Shown in pieces: positions 45,741-56,271 of a DNA stretch of 64,000 bases. Made by a program: the position numbers and the translations under genes. The DNA is taken from contig JAEZVB010000128.1 in assembly GCA_023443285.1 (NCBI GenBank), positions 3,385 through 67,384 on the forward strand, read 5' to 3'. The number at the start of each line of letters is the position of its first letter. Within the stretch, counting starts at the first letter, position 1. The stretch is from Bacillota bacterium. Its GTDB lineage: Bacteria > Bacillota > Negativicutes > Sporomusales > Sporomusaceae. Under the pieces are notes generated by a model. The model made no database searches and had not been told where the DNA came from. It worked only from the letters and a program-made list of their open reading frames with translations.

Positions 45741-46985
45741 GTGTCAGAACAAAAATATAATCGTTGGCTGATTCTTGTTGCTGCGGTCTTAATTAACATT
45801 TGTATCGGTACCTTATATGCATGGAGTGTATTTGCTTTGCCGCTGGGAAAAACATTTGGCTGGGCTGCAACCTCCATTGCGTTGGCGTTTACAATCAACC
45901 ATGCCTTAAGTCCGGTCGCTATGATTGGCGGGGGTTACATACAAGACCGTTTAGGGGCAAAAGCGAATATAATTATTGGTGGAACTATGTTTGGCGTGGG
46001 GTTGTTTTTAACTGGGTTTGTATCCAGTGTAGAAATGCTTTACATTACCTACAGTGTACTTGCCGGAATTGGCGGTGGGTGTGTATATTCAGGAACACTT
46101 GGCAATACTGTAAAGTTTTTTCCTGATAAGCGAGGTCTAGCTGCAGGAATTGTTGCAGCTGGCTATGGTTCTGGTGCTACCATTGTCGCTCCAATTGCTA
46201 GCAAACTAATTGTTAGTTATGGTGTTTTAACTACTTTTCAGATACTTGGTGGAGTATTTTTAGTTGTTATCATGTTATGTTCATTAATAATTAAGAGAGC
46301 ACCGGCTGATTTCAAACCCGAAGGTTGGAATCCGCCTGTTGCAGTTAACGCTCCTAAGCCGGTAGCTTGTGATGTGGTCTGGACTCAAATGCTCAGGGAT
46401 ACTACCTGGTGGGTTGTGCTGGTTATGCTTACCTGTGGTGCTTTATCAGGTCTGATGATTACTGCCTTTGCCTCCCCAATTGGGCAGCAGATGTTTAAAT
46501 TGAGTCCTATGGATGCAGCGCTTTTTGTCAGTTTAGTTGCCGTATCTAATTCGTTGGGACGGATTATTTTTGGGGCCATATCAGATAAAATTGGTCGCTC
46601 AAATACAATTATGATTATGTATGTCATTTCGGCCTTAGGTATGTTAAACCTTACGTTTACAACCTCTGTAGCTGGTTTTGCTGTTTCTGGCGTTTGTGTT
46701 GGCGCAGTTTTTGGCGGTTTCATGAGTACAATGCCATCCATTATCAGTGAACGGTATGGGCTGAAAAATTTTGGAGTAAATTATGGAATTACCTTTGTCG
46801 GGTTTAGTTTAGCCGCGATCTTTGGCCCAATGACGGCTGCTACTGTAAGGCAGTCTACCGGAAATTTTGAACAGGCGTTTTGGATTGCGCTGGGAATAAA
46901 TATAGTAGGACTTGTTTTCGCCTTTGTGTTTAGAACACTGGATAAGCGGAGCAAAATGACAGTTAAAGCAAATATTACGCAATAA
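45741..46985 (+). CDS. MFS transporter, oxalate/formate antiporter (OFA) family-like
   Basis: N-terminus NRWLILVAAVLINICIGTLYAWSVF is characteristic of OFA-family carriers. It has 12 TM segments and a GTG start after AAGGAAGGGG. Confidence 0.75.
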   Translation: MSEQKYNRWLILVAAVLINICIGTLYAWSVFALPLGKTFGWAATSIALAFTINHALSPVAMIGGGYIQDRLGAKANIIIGGTMFGVGLFLTGFVSSVEMLYITYSVLAGIGGGCVYSGTLGNTVKFFPDKRGLAAGIVAAGYGSGATIVAPIASKLIVSYGVLTTFQILGGVFLVVIMLCSLIIKRAPADFKPEGWNPPVAVNAPKPVACDVVWTQMLRDTTWWVVLVMLTCGALSGLMITAFASPIGQQMFKLSPMDAALFVSLVAVSNSLGRIIFGAISDKIGRSNTIMIMYVISALGMLNLTFTTSVAGFAVSGVCVGAVFGGFMSTMPSIISERYGLKNFGVNYGITFVGFSLAAIFGPMTAATVRQSTGNFEQAFWIALGINIVGLVFAFVFRTLDKRSKMTVKANITQ

Positions 46986-47196
46986 AAGCTAATTACATTC
47001 AGGATAGAGCCGGCTATTTACAGAAAAAAACTATGATCTGAGTAGGGGGAACATTCCCCTTAACTTGTAATTTCATTGTTGCTTGTGTATCTCGCCGGGT
47101 CTACCCAGCTTTTTTAGTGAATTTTTAAATGGTATTGAAGGATTACTTGATACGGTTATATATTTTGTAGTCCTAGTGATCTCAAGGAGAATAGTG

Positions 47197-49170
47197 ATGA
47201 AGAGCATAAAACTGAAACTGGGTGTAATGGTTACAACCCTACTTGTAGTTGCATTAGGCCTTTTGTCAGGTCTAAACTTTTGGCAAGCTGAAAAAATCAT
47301 AATCCAAGATGTTGAAACAGAACTTGCCGGTAAATCGCAAAGTAGTGCCGCTCAGATTGGCGGGTGGTTGGATAGTAATAAACGCGATATTGCTACACTT
47401 GCCCGTTCGCCAGTTATTACTAAAGGAACACGCGAAACGATTGTTCCTTATTTGAATGCAGAATTAAAGAATGCCAAGATTTATGAAAGTCTGCTTGTTC
47501 TTGATGGCAACGGTAACTATTTTGATTATAACGGTGAGACTGGGAATTTAGTGGAACGTGAATATTTTAAACGTTCAATTAAGGGAGAGACTTTTGTTTC
47601 TGATCCTGTTGTATCTAAAAAAACCAACAAGCTAGTAGTTGCCGTTTCGACTCCTATTCGTACGGAAAATCGGATAGTTGGTGTACTTGTAGCACTGATT
47701 AATATTGAAGAAATTGAAAAAATGATCCTAGAAATAAAAGCAGGAGCAACCGGTTATGCCTATGTTATTAGGGGAGACGGGATAATTATCGTACATCCTA
47801 ATAAAGAATTGGTTAACAAAGTCAGTAGTATGAATGATCCCAATGCGCCACAAGAATTAAAATCAGCTACTGATATGATGACAAAAGGCGAGCAGGGGAT
47901 TGTTAGCTATAGCTATCTTGGAACAAATAAATATCTAGCGTATGCTCCGATTCCAGGTTATAACTGGGCGATAGGAGTAAATGTACCAAGTAGTGAAGTT
48001 AAGGAAAAATTAAATACGTTTACCTGGACAGCAATTAGCACAAGTTTTGTTGTGTTAATCATTGCTGTTATTGTTGTTTTAATCGTAGCCACGCGTATTG
48101 CTAAGCCGTTAAAACAATTAAAGGATGCAGCCGTGTGTATTGCGGATGGGGATCTTTCTTTGACCAATATCAATATTTCTTCTAAGGATGAAATAGGACA
48201 GTTGGCTCATGCCTTCGAAACTATGGTAAGTAATTTACGTGGTCTGGCACAACATATCAACGGCTCATCCGAGCAGGTAGCTGCATCTTCACAGGAACTT
48301 ACTGCGAATGCCGAACAGTTAGCACAAGTAGCCGGGCAGGTAAGTACATCAATTACTAGTACGGCTCAGGGAGTCGGTGAGCAGGTAGTTATTGTAGATA
48401 AAGCACTGCTGCTTGTAGAAAAAATTGCGGACGGAGCCCGGCAAGAGGCAACTAAAACTGGTGATGTAATCAATATTACTACACAGGCTGTTAAAGCTGC
48501 AGAAGTCGGCAATAAGGCTGTTGAAAGTGCAATAAGCCAAATGAACAGTATCCGCCAGACTGTGGATAATTCAGCTCAAGTTGTTGCCGAGCTTGGGGAA
48601 CAATCTAAAGAAATCGGACAAATTGTCGAGACAATTTCCGGGATTGCTGGGCAAACTAATTTGCTGGCATTAAATGCTGCGATTGAAGCCGCGCGCGCAG
48701 GCGAACAAGGTCGTGGCTTTGCCGTCGTAGCGGAAGAAGTCAGAAAGCTGGCTGAGCAATCTCAGGAAGCTGCTAAGCAAATTGCAACACTTATTGGTGA
48801 CATACAGAGTAAAACAGATAAGGCTGTAACCGCAATGGCTAATGGAACTCAGGAAGTTAAACGAGGTTCTGAGGTGGTTGACCAGGCTGGCAAATCGTTT
48901 AGTGACATTGATTTGCAGATAAAAAAGGCCGCAGCTATTGCGCAGGAAGCCGCTAAAGGCATGCAACAGCTTGCCGGTTCCAGTCAGCAGGTTTTTGACT
49001 CAATGAAAGAGGTTGAGTGTGTTAGTCGTGAGATTTCCAGTCAGACACAAAGTATTTCTGCCGCCACAGAGGAACAACTGGCATCAATGGAGGAGATATC
49101 TGCTTCCAGCCAGTACTTAGCCCAATTGGCAGAACAACTGCAAGGTGCGGTAAATAAGTTTAAACTGTAA
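47197..49170 (+). CDS. methyl-accepting chemotaxis protein with a Cache-type extracytoplasmic sensor
   Basis: Architecture is TM - periplasmic domain of about 280 aa - TM - HAMP - signalling domain with [44 protein letters not shown] before ATG 47197. Confidence 0.9.
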   Translation: MKSIKLKLGVMVTTLLVVALGLLSGLNFWQAEKIIIQDVETELAGKSQSSAAQIGGWLDSNKRDIATLARSPVITKGTRETIVPYLNAELKNAKIYESLLVLDGNGNYFDYNGETGNLVEREYFKRSIKGETFVSDPVVSKKTNKLVVAVSTPIRTENRIVGVLVALINIEEIEKMILEIKAGATGYAYVIRGDGIIIVHPNKELVNKVSSMNDPNAPQELKSATDMMTKGEQGIVSYSYLGTNKYLAYAPIPGYNWAIGVNVPSSEVKEKLNTFTWTAISTSFVVLIIAVIVVLIVATRIAKPLKQLKDAAVCIADGDLSLTNINISSKDEIGQLAHAFETMVSNLRGLAQHINGSSEQVAASSQELTANAEQLAQVAGQVSTSITSTAQGVGEQVVIVDKALLLVEKIADGARQEATKTGDVINITTQAVKAAEVGNKAVESAISQMNSIRQTVDNSAQVVAELGEQSKEIGQIVETISGIAGQTNLLALNAAIEAARAGEQGRGFAVVAEEVRKLAEQSQEAAKQIATLIGDIQSKTDKAVTAMANGTQEVKRGSEVVDQAGKSFSDIDLQIKKAAAIAQEAAKGMQQLAGSSQQVFDSMKEVECVSREISSQTQSISAATEEQLASMEEISASSQYLAQLAEQLQGAVNKFKL

Positions 49171-49225
49171 CAGCAATATGTTTTTACGGTAATTAATCTA
49201 GTAGCTAAATAAGAATAAAATGTAG

Positions 49226-49271
49226 GGCTGTAGGTACTTAGTTTCTAAGTTTCCGTACAGCCTTGTTTTTT
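49226..49271 (+). terminator. rho-independent terminator of the MCP gene
   Basis: Stem GGCTGTA.. / ..TACAGCC followed by TTGTTTTTT. Confidence 0.65.
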
Positions 49272-49438
49272 GAAAAGTGGTATTTCTATTAAGAAAAACG
49301 GTGTTGGTCATTTCTAAAATGAGACAAAACGAGCAATGTTTCTCAAAATGAAAAAACGAAAAAAGCATGACAAAAATTGGGATAACAGCAAGTGCTTTAT
49401 CTATAAGGAATGGTAATGCTCAATACTGAAAGGTTTTT

Positions 49439-49454
49439 TGGCACGAATTTTGCA
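49439..49454 (+). promoter_or_regulatory. sigma-54 (-24/-12) promoter
   Basis: TGGCAC-GAATT-TTGCA. The 15-nt core TGGCACGAATTTTGC is identical to the one at 58354. Confidence 0.75.
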
Positions 49455-49564
49455 ATAGTTAGTAAGCAACAGAATAAGGCATAACGAGAATTGAGCTGGC
49501 AAATTGATGATTAGTCGGAAAAATTTGCTTAGTATTGATTATTAGATTATAGGGGGAGTAACAA

Positions 49565-50392
49565 ATGCGCAATGCAATAGTCGTATTTACTAAAGTACCT
49601 AAGGCTGGGGAAACCAAAACCCGGCTTACTACAGATCGGGACGGAATCTTAACTCCGGAAGAAGCTATGGCTTTTTATGAAGGCTGCCTGCTTGACGTGA
49701 TTAATGTTTGCATCGAAGCAAACTGTGGCGATATCCGGATTTGTTACAATCATGACGGCGACCGTGAATGCCTGGAAAAACTGCTTTCTAGGGTGTGTGA
49801 CCGCGCACAGATTAAGGAAGTTTACCCAGACCAAGGCGGCAATTTTGACCAATGTATGCAGTATGCTGCTGATTATATTTTGAAAAACGGAGCTTCTGAC
49901 CGCTTGGCAGATAGCGTTATTATTGTCGGTGGTGATCTGCCAAGTTTACAGCCGAATATTATACAAGATGCTGTTTGTAAGCTGGAGCTGCTGGCAGCAA
50001 GTGAAAATGGTCTAAAAATTGCTAAGAAGCTGTCAGGTGTACCCAAGGATTTGGGCGCAGCCTTAGTGGAAGGTGCCTGTCAGGAAGGTGGGTTTTCAGT
50101 AGTTGGCTTTACCTGTACTACGCCTTTTGATTTCAACCGGGTATTTTATAATTCTGACGGGATAACCGCGCTGGATATGTTGGTAACTAAAGCAGTACAG
50201 GAAGATATACCGTTTGGTGTCGTTGAAGCTGCGTCTGACGTAGATATTCCAGTTGACTTAGCGAGTATGATACCGATTGTCAGGGCATTGGAATTAGCGG
50301 CGCGTTGCGACAAAAGCATTAAGATACCGGTAAACACCATTGCGGTTTTAAATGAACTTGGATTGGAATCCACGGCAGTTAAACACCGTTAA
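49565..50392 (+). CDS. DUF2064 (TIGR04282-like, MobA-like GT-A fold) protein, paralogue 2
   Basis: Motifs AIVVFTKVPKAGETKTRL, GGNFDQCMQYA, VGGDLPSLQ, EGGFSVVGF and DVDIPVDL are present. By eye it is roughly half identical to 34447..35283. Confidence 0.75.
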   Translation: MRNAIVVFTKVPKAGETKTRLTTDRDGILTPEEAMAFYEGCLLDVINVCIEANCGDIRICYNHDGDRECLEKLLSRVCDRAQIKEVYPDQGGNFDQCMQYAADYILKNGASDRLADSVIIVGGDLPSLQPNIIQDAVCKLELLAASENGLKIAKKLSGVPKDLGAALVEGACQEGGFSVVGFTCTTPFDFNRVFYNSDGITALDMLVTKAVQEDIPFGVVEAASDVDIPVDLASMIPIVRALELAARCDKSIKIPVNTIAVLNELGLESTAVKHR

Positions 50393-50414
50393 TCAATAAA
50401 GTAGTTGAGGAATT

Positions 50415-51536
50415 GTGGTGACTATTATGGGTAGAACGTGTATGGATACGCTAGCGGAAAACTGCATTGAATGTGGAAAATGTATAGAAATTTGCCAATT
50501 TTTAAAGAAAAATGGCAAAAGCCCGGCGGCTATTGCTAAACAAGGGGTTGAGGTTAGCGAAGCCTTTAGTTGTTCCTTATGTGGTGCGTGTGAGGCCGTT
50601 TGTCCTATAGGGCTAAGCCCAAAAGAAATGTTTGCCAGCCGAAGGAATGATGCAGTAGCTAATGGTGAATTGGATATTGATGAATATCGTTATCTATTTC
50701 CTGATAGAAAAAACAATGTTATGAATGTATACCGCAGCTATTACGGTATTGACTATCATGATATAGAAAATGTAGGCAGTGGCGGAACTTGGTTTTTTCC
50801 TGGCTGTACCTTGCTGACTTATTCGCCGGAACTAACGCGTGAGGTTTACCGCAGGTTGCAGACAGACTGTAATTGCCAGGGCATATGGACAGAGTGTTGC
50901 AGCAAACCTTTGATTCAAATGGGTTTGCTGCAAAGAGCCGAAGCTATGCAGGCAGAGTTAAAGGAATTTGTTCAAAAACATAACATTACAACGCTAATTA
51001 CGGCATGTCCGGGTTGTTATTATCAATTGAAAAAAGTTTTTGAATCCTGTGAAGTTGCTGTTCAGACTGTGTATGAAGTATTAAAAATAGAGCCGCTTAA
51101 ACGGACAGATAAAATCAAGTGCACCATCCATGATGCCTGTCCTGATCGTTTTGAACTTAAGTTTGCCAGTCAAGTGCGCCAAGCGTTAGAGAAAAGTGGC
51201 TTTTCTATAATAGAAATGAAACATAGCAAAAAGCAAGCGATTTGTTGTGGAAGCGGTGGAATGATTTCTCATTTTAATCCTGAATTAACGGAAGAACTCG
51301 TAGAACAAAGAATGAATGAAGTTAAGCAGTCCGGTGCCGATATTCTGGTAGGGTATTGCCTAAGTTGTGTATTGAAATTTGATGTTTTTAGTTCGCCTAT
51401 TTCTGTAACTCACGCGTTACACTTGTTGCTGGATCAAAAAAAAGAATTTTCTGGGGCGAAAGCACGGGTGGCTAAAATGCTCACCGGTGCAGATGGGGAA
51501 AAAGTATGGGAACAAATTATGGCAGAGGAAAGGTAA
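50415..51536 (+). CDS. Fe-S oxidoreductase with 2x[4Fe-4S] and two CCG domains (HdrD/GlpC/DsrK-like)
   Basis: Motifs CIECGKC..C, CSLCGACEAVCP, FFPGCT, CCSKP, ACPGC, HDACP and CCGSGG are present. Exact start is uncertain (GTG 50415/50418 or ATG 50427). Confidence 0.8.
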   Translation: MVTIMGRTCMDTLAENCIECGKCIEICQFLKKNGKSPAAIAKQGVEVSEAFSCSLCGACEAVCPIGLSPKEMFASRRNDAVANGELDIDEYRYLFPDRKNNVMNVYRSYYGIDYHDIENVGSGGTWFFPGCTLLTYSPELTREVYRRLQTDCNCQGIWTECCSKPLIQMGLLQRAEAMQAELKEFVQKHNITTLITACPGCYYQLKKVFESCEVAVQTVYEVLKIEPLKRTDKIKCTIHDACPDRFELKFASQVRQALEKSGFSIIEMKHSKKQAICCGSGGMISHFNPELTEELVEQRMNEVKQSGADILVGYCLSCVLKFDVFSSPISVTHALHLLLDQKKEFSGAKARVAKMLTGADGEKVWEQIMAEER

Positions 51537-51555
51537 GAAAAGGAGACAAAGCAAC

Positions 51556-52506
51556 GTGAACAATCATGAACTTGCCACAGCACTTACAAAAATGTTGACA
51601 CTCCGGTGGTCGCCGGTTGCTGTAAAACTATTAAAGCCGGGTGAGGAAATTCCAAAAAATGTAACTCAGCCTTCGGTTCCGCTAAGACACTGTCAGGCTA
51701 TTACTCTTGCTAGACGAGGCAATAGTTTGTATATGCCGCCAAGCAAACATGCCTGTCCGGATGGTGCTGCAATTATGGGGCTGATTCCGATGTCTCCTAA
51801 GCTGCGTTCTGGCGAATTATATCTACTGTTTAAAAAATTACCATCCATTGAATGTGCACAAAAGATGATCAGTACACGCCAGGAGTTTGAGGCCGGCAGT
51901 TATGCTGCGACTGTGCTTGCGCCGCTTGAAGACGCTACTTTTGAACCGGATGTCGTAATTTTTACCATTTATCCTGAGCAAATGATGTGGTTAATGTGCG
52001 CATCTAGCTATAGCACCGGAGAACGGCATAATTTTCATACCTCTGGTTACAACTCGACTTGTGCTGATTTGACGGTACAGGTTATGAAAACTCAGCAAAT
52101 GAATATTTCTTTTGGTTGTTATGGGGCCAGAGCCATTAGTGATATAAGTGATTTTGAAGCCTATGTTTCTATACCATATCAACAGCTGCCTACACTGGTA
52201 GGGGCGCTGGAAAAGTTGTCAGTTAAAAGTATACCGGAAGCTCGACGGCGGATTTATATGCCGCCGGTTATTGATAAAGTTGCTTGTCCCGAACAAGAGG
52301 GAAGTAATTCGGTCGAGCTTCGTATTGACAGCGACCGGTGCACCGGCTGTAGCTTATGTGAAGCCTTTTGTCCGGAAGCCGTAATTGAGATGGTCACTAT
52401 CGATGGGCAGCAAAAAGCAAGTGCACCGGCTGCCGAGAAATGCTGTGCCTGTTATACCTGTGTCGGGCAGTGTCCGCAGAAAGCCATACAGCTGACACTG
52501 CGGTAA
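51556..52506 (+). CDS. DUF169-domain protein fused to a C-terminal 2x[4Fe-4S] ferredoxin
   Basis: GTG after AAAAGGAGA. The DUF169-like body has WSPVAVKLL, RHCQAI, CPDGA and FGCYGAR. The C-terminus carries CTGCSLCEAFCP and CCACYTCVGQCP. Confidence 0.65.
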   Translation: MNNHELATALTKMLTLRWSPVAVKLLKPGEEIPKNVTQPSVPLRHCQAITLARRGNSLYMPPSKHACPDGAAIMGLIPMSPKLRSGELYLLFKKLPSIECAQKMISTRQEFEAGSYAATVLAPLEDATFEPDVVIFTIYPEQMMWLMCASSYSTGERHNFHTSGYNSTCADLTVQVMKTQQMNISFGCYGARAISDISDFEAYVSIPYQQLPTLVGALEKLSVKSIPEARRRIYMPPVIDKVACPEQEGSNSVELRIDSDRCTGCSLCEAFCPEAVIEMVTIDGQQKASAPAAEKCCACYTCVGQCPQKAIQLTLR

Positions 52507-52541
52507 ACAAACTAAAATTGCGTAAAATTGGGGGATAAAGG

Positions 52542-54740
52542 ATGAGTGAAGAAGTAAAAAAGGCGGCATGTCACTTCTGTCATATGAACTGTGGCATGCT
52601 GGCAACAGTCGAAAATGGAGTGGTAACAAAGGTTGTGGGAGACCCGGAACATCCCTTTAATATGGGGGCGCAATGTCCGAGGGGTGCTTCGGCCTTAGAT
52701 CACCTCAACCACCCTAACCGGATTAACTATCCGCTTAAACGGGTAGGCGAACGCGGATCAGGTGAATTTAAACGCGTATCGTGGGAAGAAGCATTGGATG
52801 ATATTGCAGCACGGTTAACTGCGTTAAAAGAACAATATGGTGCTGAAACCATTGCTACTACCGGTGGAACGAACCGGACTGACGATTTTGCCCGGAGACG
52901 TTTCTTTAACCTTTTGGGTAGTCCTAATGTTATTCACACAGCTCCTGTGTGCTGGATTCCTACCTTTCTCACTGAGGCAGCTTCCTACGGTTGGGTTGCT
53001 TCTGAACCTGAACTTGCTGGAGCAAAATGTGTCGTCCTTTGGGGACACAACGCGGGGTCTTCTTATTTGCCGGAAATGCGCGGAGTGTTAGCAGCTAAAG
53101 CCAACGGAACCAAAATTATCGCTGTTGATCCTAACTTTACAGAGACGGCTTCGAAAGCTGATGTTTGGTTATCATTAAAACCAGGTTCAGACAACGCTCT
53201 GGCGCTTGCCTGGTTGAACGTTATTATTAGCGAAGGTTTATACGACTTTAATTTCGTTGACGAATGGACAGTAGGCTTTGAAGAATTAGCGGAAAGGGTA
53301 GAGGAGTATACTCCTGAGTGGGCAGCTGAAAAAACCGGCCTGTCTCCGGAATTAATTGCTGAGACTGCCAGAATGTACGCAATGAGCAAGCCGGCTTGTA
53401 TCGTCTGGGGTGTTGCAGCTGATCAATTAGGCAGAGGTAGTGCTGCTTCCGCTCAAGCACGTGCAGCACTGCGGATTATCTGTGGTAACTTAGATGTTCC
53501 GGGCGGCGATGTTATGCCAGGACCTCACCCGACCTTTGTTACAGACTGGGAAATGGAATTAAACGATATGCTGCCGGAAGAGCAGCGGGCGAAACAAATC
53601 GGGTCAGATCGGTTTAAACTGAATTCTTGGCCAGGCTATAAAATACTAACCGAAAATATGTTGAAGGTTTGGGGGAAAAGTATCCCGGCAGAATGGTTCT
53701 GTGAAGCCAATCCTTCGATGTTGTTCAGAGCCATGGCAACAGGTGATCCGTATCCAATAAAAGCTTGTATTACCTTGGCGAATAATCCGCTCGTATCGTA
53801 TGCTAACTCCAAAATGGTTTATGAAGGACTAAAAAATCTTGATTTATATGTTGCAATGGAATATTGGATGACACCATCGGCACTCTTGGCTGACTATGTT
53901 TTACCAGCTGCCGGCTGGTTGGAAAGACCAGTTATGACAACTACGTATGGGGTTTCTGATTGGCTAATTGCCTCCGAGAAAGCAATTGAACCATTATTTG
54001 AGCGTAAGACTGACATAGAGTTATGGTCTGAGCTTGGGCATAGAATGGGGCAAGCGGAACATTGGCCATGGAAAACAGATGAAGAGATATTTAAAGAACG
54101 CCTTGATCCGATCGGTTTAGAAACTGACAGCTATGAAGAATTTGTGCAGCTTTATAGAATGCATTTTGCTGATCGTGATTATCGTAAATTCGAGACTCGC
54201 GGGGTGGCTACACCTTCAGGCAAAATCGAATTAAAAATTTCTACCTTTGAACAACTTGGTTATGATCCATTGCCTCATTATGTTGAACCGCCGTTTAGTG
54301 CCGAAACCAAGCCGGATTTAGCCGAACAATATCCGTTAAGTCTTGTTGCCGGTGGCGGATTTATGCCGTTCTTCCATTCGGAACATCGGGAAATAACAAG
54401 AATCAGGCTGCTAAGGCCGTATCCCCGGGTTGCCATTAATCCGGAGCTTGCCAAAAAGATGGATATCAAGGAAGGTGAATGGCTTTGGATTGAAACGCCA
54501 ACCGGCAAGGTTAAGCAGACAGCCTTTATTACTCCGGCCGTAGCTCCTGATGTAATTCAGGCAGAACGTGGCTGGTGGTTCCCTGAAAAAGAAATGAAGG
54601 CTCCGAGCTTAATGGGCGTATTTGAATCTAATATTAATGTTTGCATAGATGATGATCCGGATACTTTGGATGAGCTTTGCGGCAGCTTTTGCGCTCGAGG
54701 CGTTATGTGCCGGATTTCGAAAGTGGAGGGGAACGACTAA
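52542..54740 (+). CDS. bis-PGD (DMSO reductase family) Mo/W oxidoreductase catalytic subunit, Tat-less (alpha-2)
   Basis: 732 aa with the canonical N-terminal CHFCHMNCG...C [4Fe-4S] motif, GDPEHPFNMG, IIAVDPN and LKPGSD. The C-terminal barrel has SGKIELK..QYPLSLVAG..FFHSEH. No RR signal is present. It is a paralogue of alpha-1. Confidence 0.9.
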   Translation: MSEEVKKAACHFCHMNCGMLATVENGVVTKVVGDPEHPFNMGAQCPRGASALDHLNHPNRINYPLKRVGERGSGEFKRVSWEEALDDIAARLTALKEQYGAETIATTGGTNRTDDFARRRFFNLLGSPNVIHTAPVCWIPTFLTEAASYGWVASEPELAGAKCVVLWGHNAGSSYLPEMRGVLAAKANGTKIIAVDPNFTETASKADVWLSLKPGSDNALALAWLNVIISEGLYDFNFVDEWTVGFEELAERVEEYTPEWAAEKTGLSPELIAETARMYAMSKPACIVWGVAADQLGRGSAASAQARAALRIICGNLDVPGGDVMPGPHPTFVTDWEMELNDMLPEEQRAKQIGSDRFKLNSWPGYKILTENMLKVWGKSIPAEWFCEANPSMLFRAMATGDPYPIKACITLANNPLVSYANSKMVYEGLKNLDLYVAMEYWMTPSALLADYVLPAAGWLERPVMTTTYGVSDWLIASEKAIEPLFERKTDIELWSELGHRMGQAEHWPWKTDEEIFKERLDPIGLETDSYEEFVQLYRMHFADRDYRKFETRGVATPSGKIELKISTFEQLGYDPLPHYVEPPFSAETKPDLAEQYPLSLVAGGGFMPFFHSEHREITRIRLLRPYPRVAINPELAKKMDIKEGEWLWIETPTGKVKQTAFITPAVAPDVIQAERGWWFPEKEMKAPSLMGVFESNINVCIDDDPDTLDELCGSFCARGVMCRISKVEGND

Positions 54741-55282
54741 TGCACTGGGGAATGCTGATTGACTTAAGAAAATGTGCCGGCTGTTATGCCTGCACGATTG
54801 CATGCCAAAATGAAAACGAATTACCTTTTGATATGAAATACTGCAAAGTTGCCAAAGTGGGGCCAATTGGGGAGTTCCCGAATTTAACTTCCTATAATAT
54901 TACGCTAGGGTGTATGCATTGCCAAGATGCTCCCTGTGTTGACGGCTGTCCTACTGGGGCAAGTTACCACCGGGAAGACGGTATTGTGACAATTGATCCG
55001 GAGAAATGCGTAGGTTGTCAATTCTGTATGGTAGTTTGCCCATATGGTGTGCGGCAAATGAATAAAGAAAATGGAGTCGTTGAAAAATGCTCGATGTGCT
55101 TCAATCGCTTAGAAGAGGGTATGGTTACACGGTGTGTAGAAACCTGCCAGTTAAAGGCAAGGCATGTCGGTGATCTGGATGATCCTGACAGTGAGATTGT
55201 TAAACTGATACGGAAGCATAATGCACAGCCATTGTACCCGCATTTAGGAACAAAACCATCAGTTTACTATATCATGCCTTAG
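54740..55282 (+). CDS. four-cluster 4Fe-4S ferredoxin subunit (DmsB/PsrB-like, beta-2)
   Basis: TAATG overlap with alpha-2. Motifs CAGCYACTIAC, CMHCQDAPCVDGCP, CVGCQFCMVVCP and CSMC...C are present. Confidence 0.9.
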   Translation: MHWGMLIDLRKCAGCYACTIACQNENELPFDMKYCKVAKVGPIGEFPNLTSYNITLGCMHCQDAPCVDGCPTGASYHREDGIVTIDPEKCVGCQFCMVVCPYGVRQMNKENGVVEKCSMCFNRLEEGMVTRCVETCQLKARHVGDLDDPDSEIVKLIRKHNAQPLYPHLGTKPSVYYIMP

Positions 55283-55293
55283 GAGGGATTAGA

Positions 55294-56262
55294 ATGGAAA
55301 AACAGCAAGAATATTGGGGAAGTCAACCGGCGTGGTATTTCTTTCTAGCCGCAATGGGAGCAATGATGTTTGTTATTGCTGCGGTAGCAGATTTGCTAGG
55401 AAACCCAATAGCCGGACAAATTAATGGCTGGGTTAGTATTGTGGCCTTGGCTGCAGCCGGAATCGGCGCGTTGTTACTGTTAGAAGAATTAACACATAAA
55501 AGCAAGGGGCATTTGGTGAATGCGCGTCCTTTTGCTTCGGTTATGAGTTTTGGTTCTCTCGTACAGAGTTTGTATATGCCGTTGGTTTTTGTATATGGTA
55601 CGTTTTTCTTTGATTTTATTCCTTGGGCTGGATTGGGCTGGCTCAAGATGATTGTCGCGGTTCTGGCTATCATTGCGGCGCTGCTCTATGTTACCTACCC
55701 GGGCGTAGAGTTGGGCGAAGCAAGAGGCAGAGGTTTCTGGAACGGTGGCGGTCTGATTGGCGTTTTCTTAATTAACGGGGCTGTAACCGGAGCTGCCGCA
55801 TTAACTCTTATCTTGTGTGTACTTGGTTATAGTGAAAGTGCTTATACGATTACGATTAAGAATATAGCGGCCGCTTTGTTAGTAGCGCAGCTCTTCGCTA
55901 TACCTGGCTATGTATTAGGAATGAAGCTGTCACCAGCCGAAGAAGCACGTCGGGGAGCCAATAAATTGTGGAGTGGCGAGTTTAGTTCCTCTTTTTGGGC
56001 TGGAACCGTTATCTTCGGAACGTTAGTACCAATGATTATTACCTTGTTATTTACTTCTATTTATTGGCTGGTTATAGCAGCCGTACTGGTTCTTGTTGGC
56101 GGGGTCTGCTTCAGAATTGATTTCTTAAGAGCTGCCGTAAGAGTGACTTTGCCTGGTGAAGAAAAGGCTGAAATGAGCAGAAAAGAAATTGCTAGTCTAG
56201 CTGCCGTATTGGAAAATCGCTGGCAGGAAAAGGCTAGAGTATTAAACCCACAAAATAAGTAG
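55294..56262 (+). CDS. NrfD/PsrC-like integral membrane quinone-interacting subunit (gamma-2)
   Basis: 322 aa with about 8 TM helices. It directly follows the alpha-beta pair, as in PsrABC/DmsABC-type operons. Confidence 0.75.
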   Translation: MEKQQEYWGSQPAWYFFLAAMGAMMFVIAAVADLLGNPIAGQINGWVSIVALAAAGIGALLLLEELTHKSKGHLVNARPFASVMSFGSLVQSLYMPLVFVYGTFFFDFIPWAGLGWLKMIVAVLAIIAALLYVTYPGVELGEARGRGFWNGGGLIGVFLINGAVTGAAALTLILCVLGYSESAYTITIKNIAAALLVAQLFAIPGYVLGMKLSPAEEARRGANKLWSGEFSSSFWAGTVIFGTLVPMIITLLFTSIYWLVIAAVLVLVGGVCFRIDFLRAAVRVTLPGEEKAEMSRKEIASLAAVLENRWQEKARVLNPQNK

Positions 56263-56271
56263 AGGTACACG

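Noticed and set aside
47083-47196. N-terminal extension of the MCP ORF (start 47083) and minus ORF 47073..47300
   Set aside because: The extension has no RBS, whereas ATG 47197 follows AAGGAGA and gives a normal short cytoplasmic N-terminus plus TM1.
40581-54740. Tat signal peptides or selenocysteine (in-frame TGA) in the two Mo/W catalytic subunits
   Set aside because: Neither N-terminus contains an RR motif or a hydrophobic signal segment, even when checking upstream in-frame sequence. Both ORFs are uninterrupted, so there is no evidence for Sec decoding.
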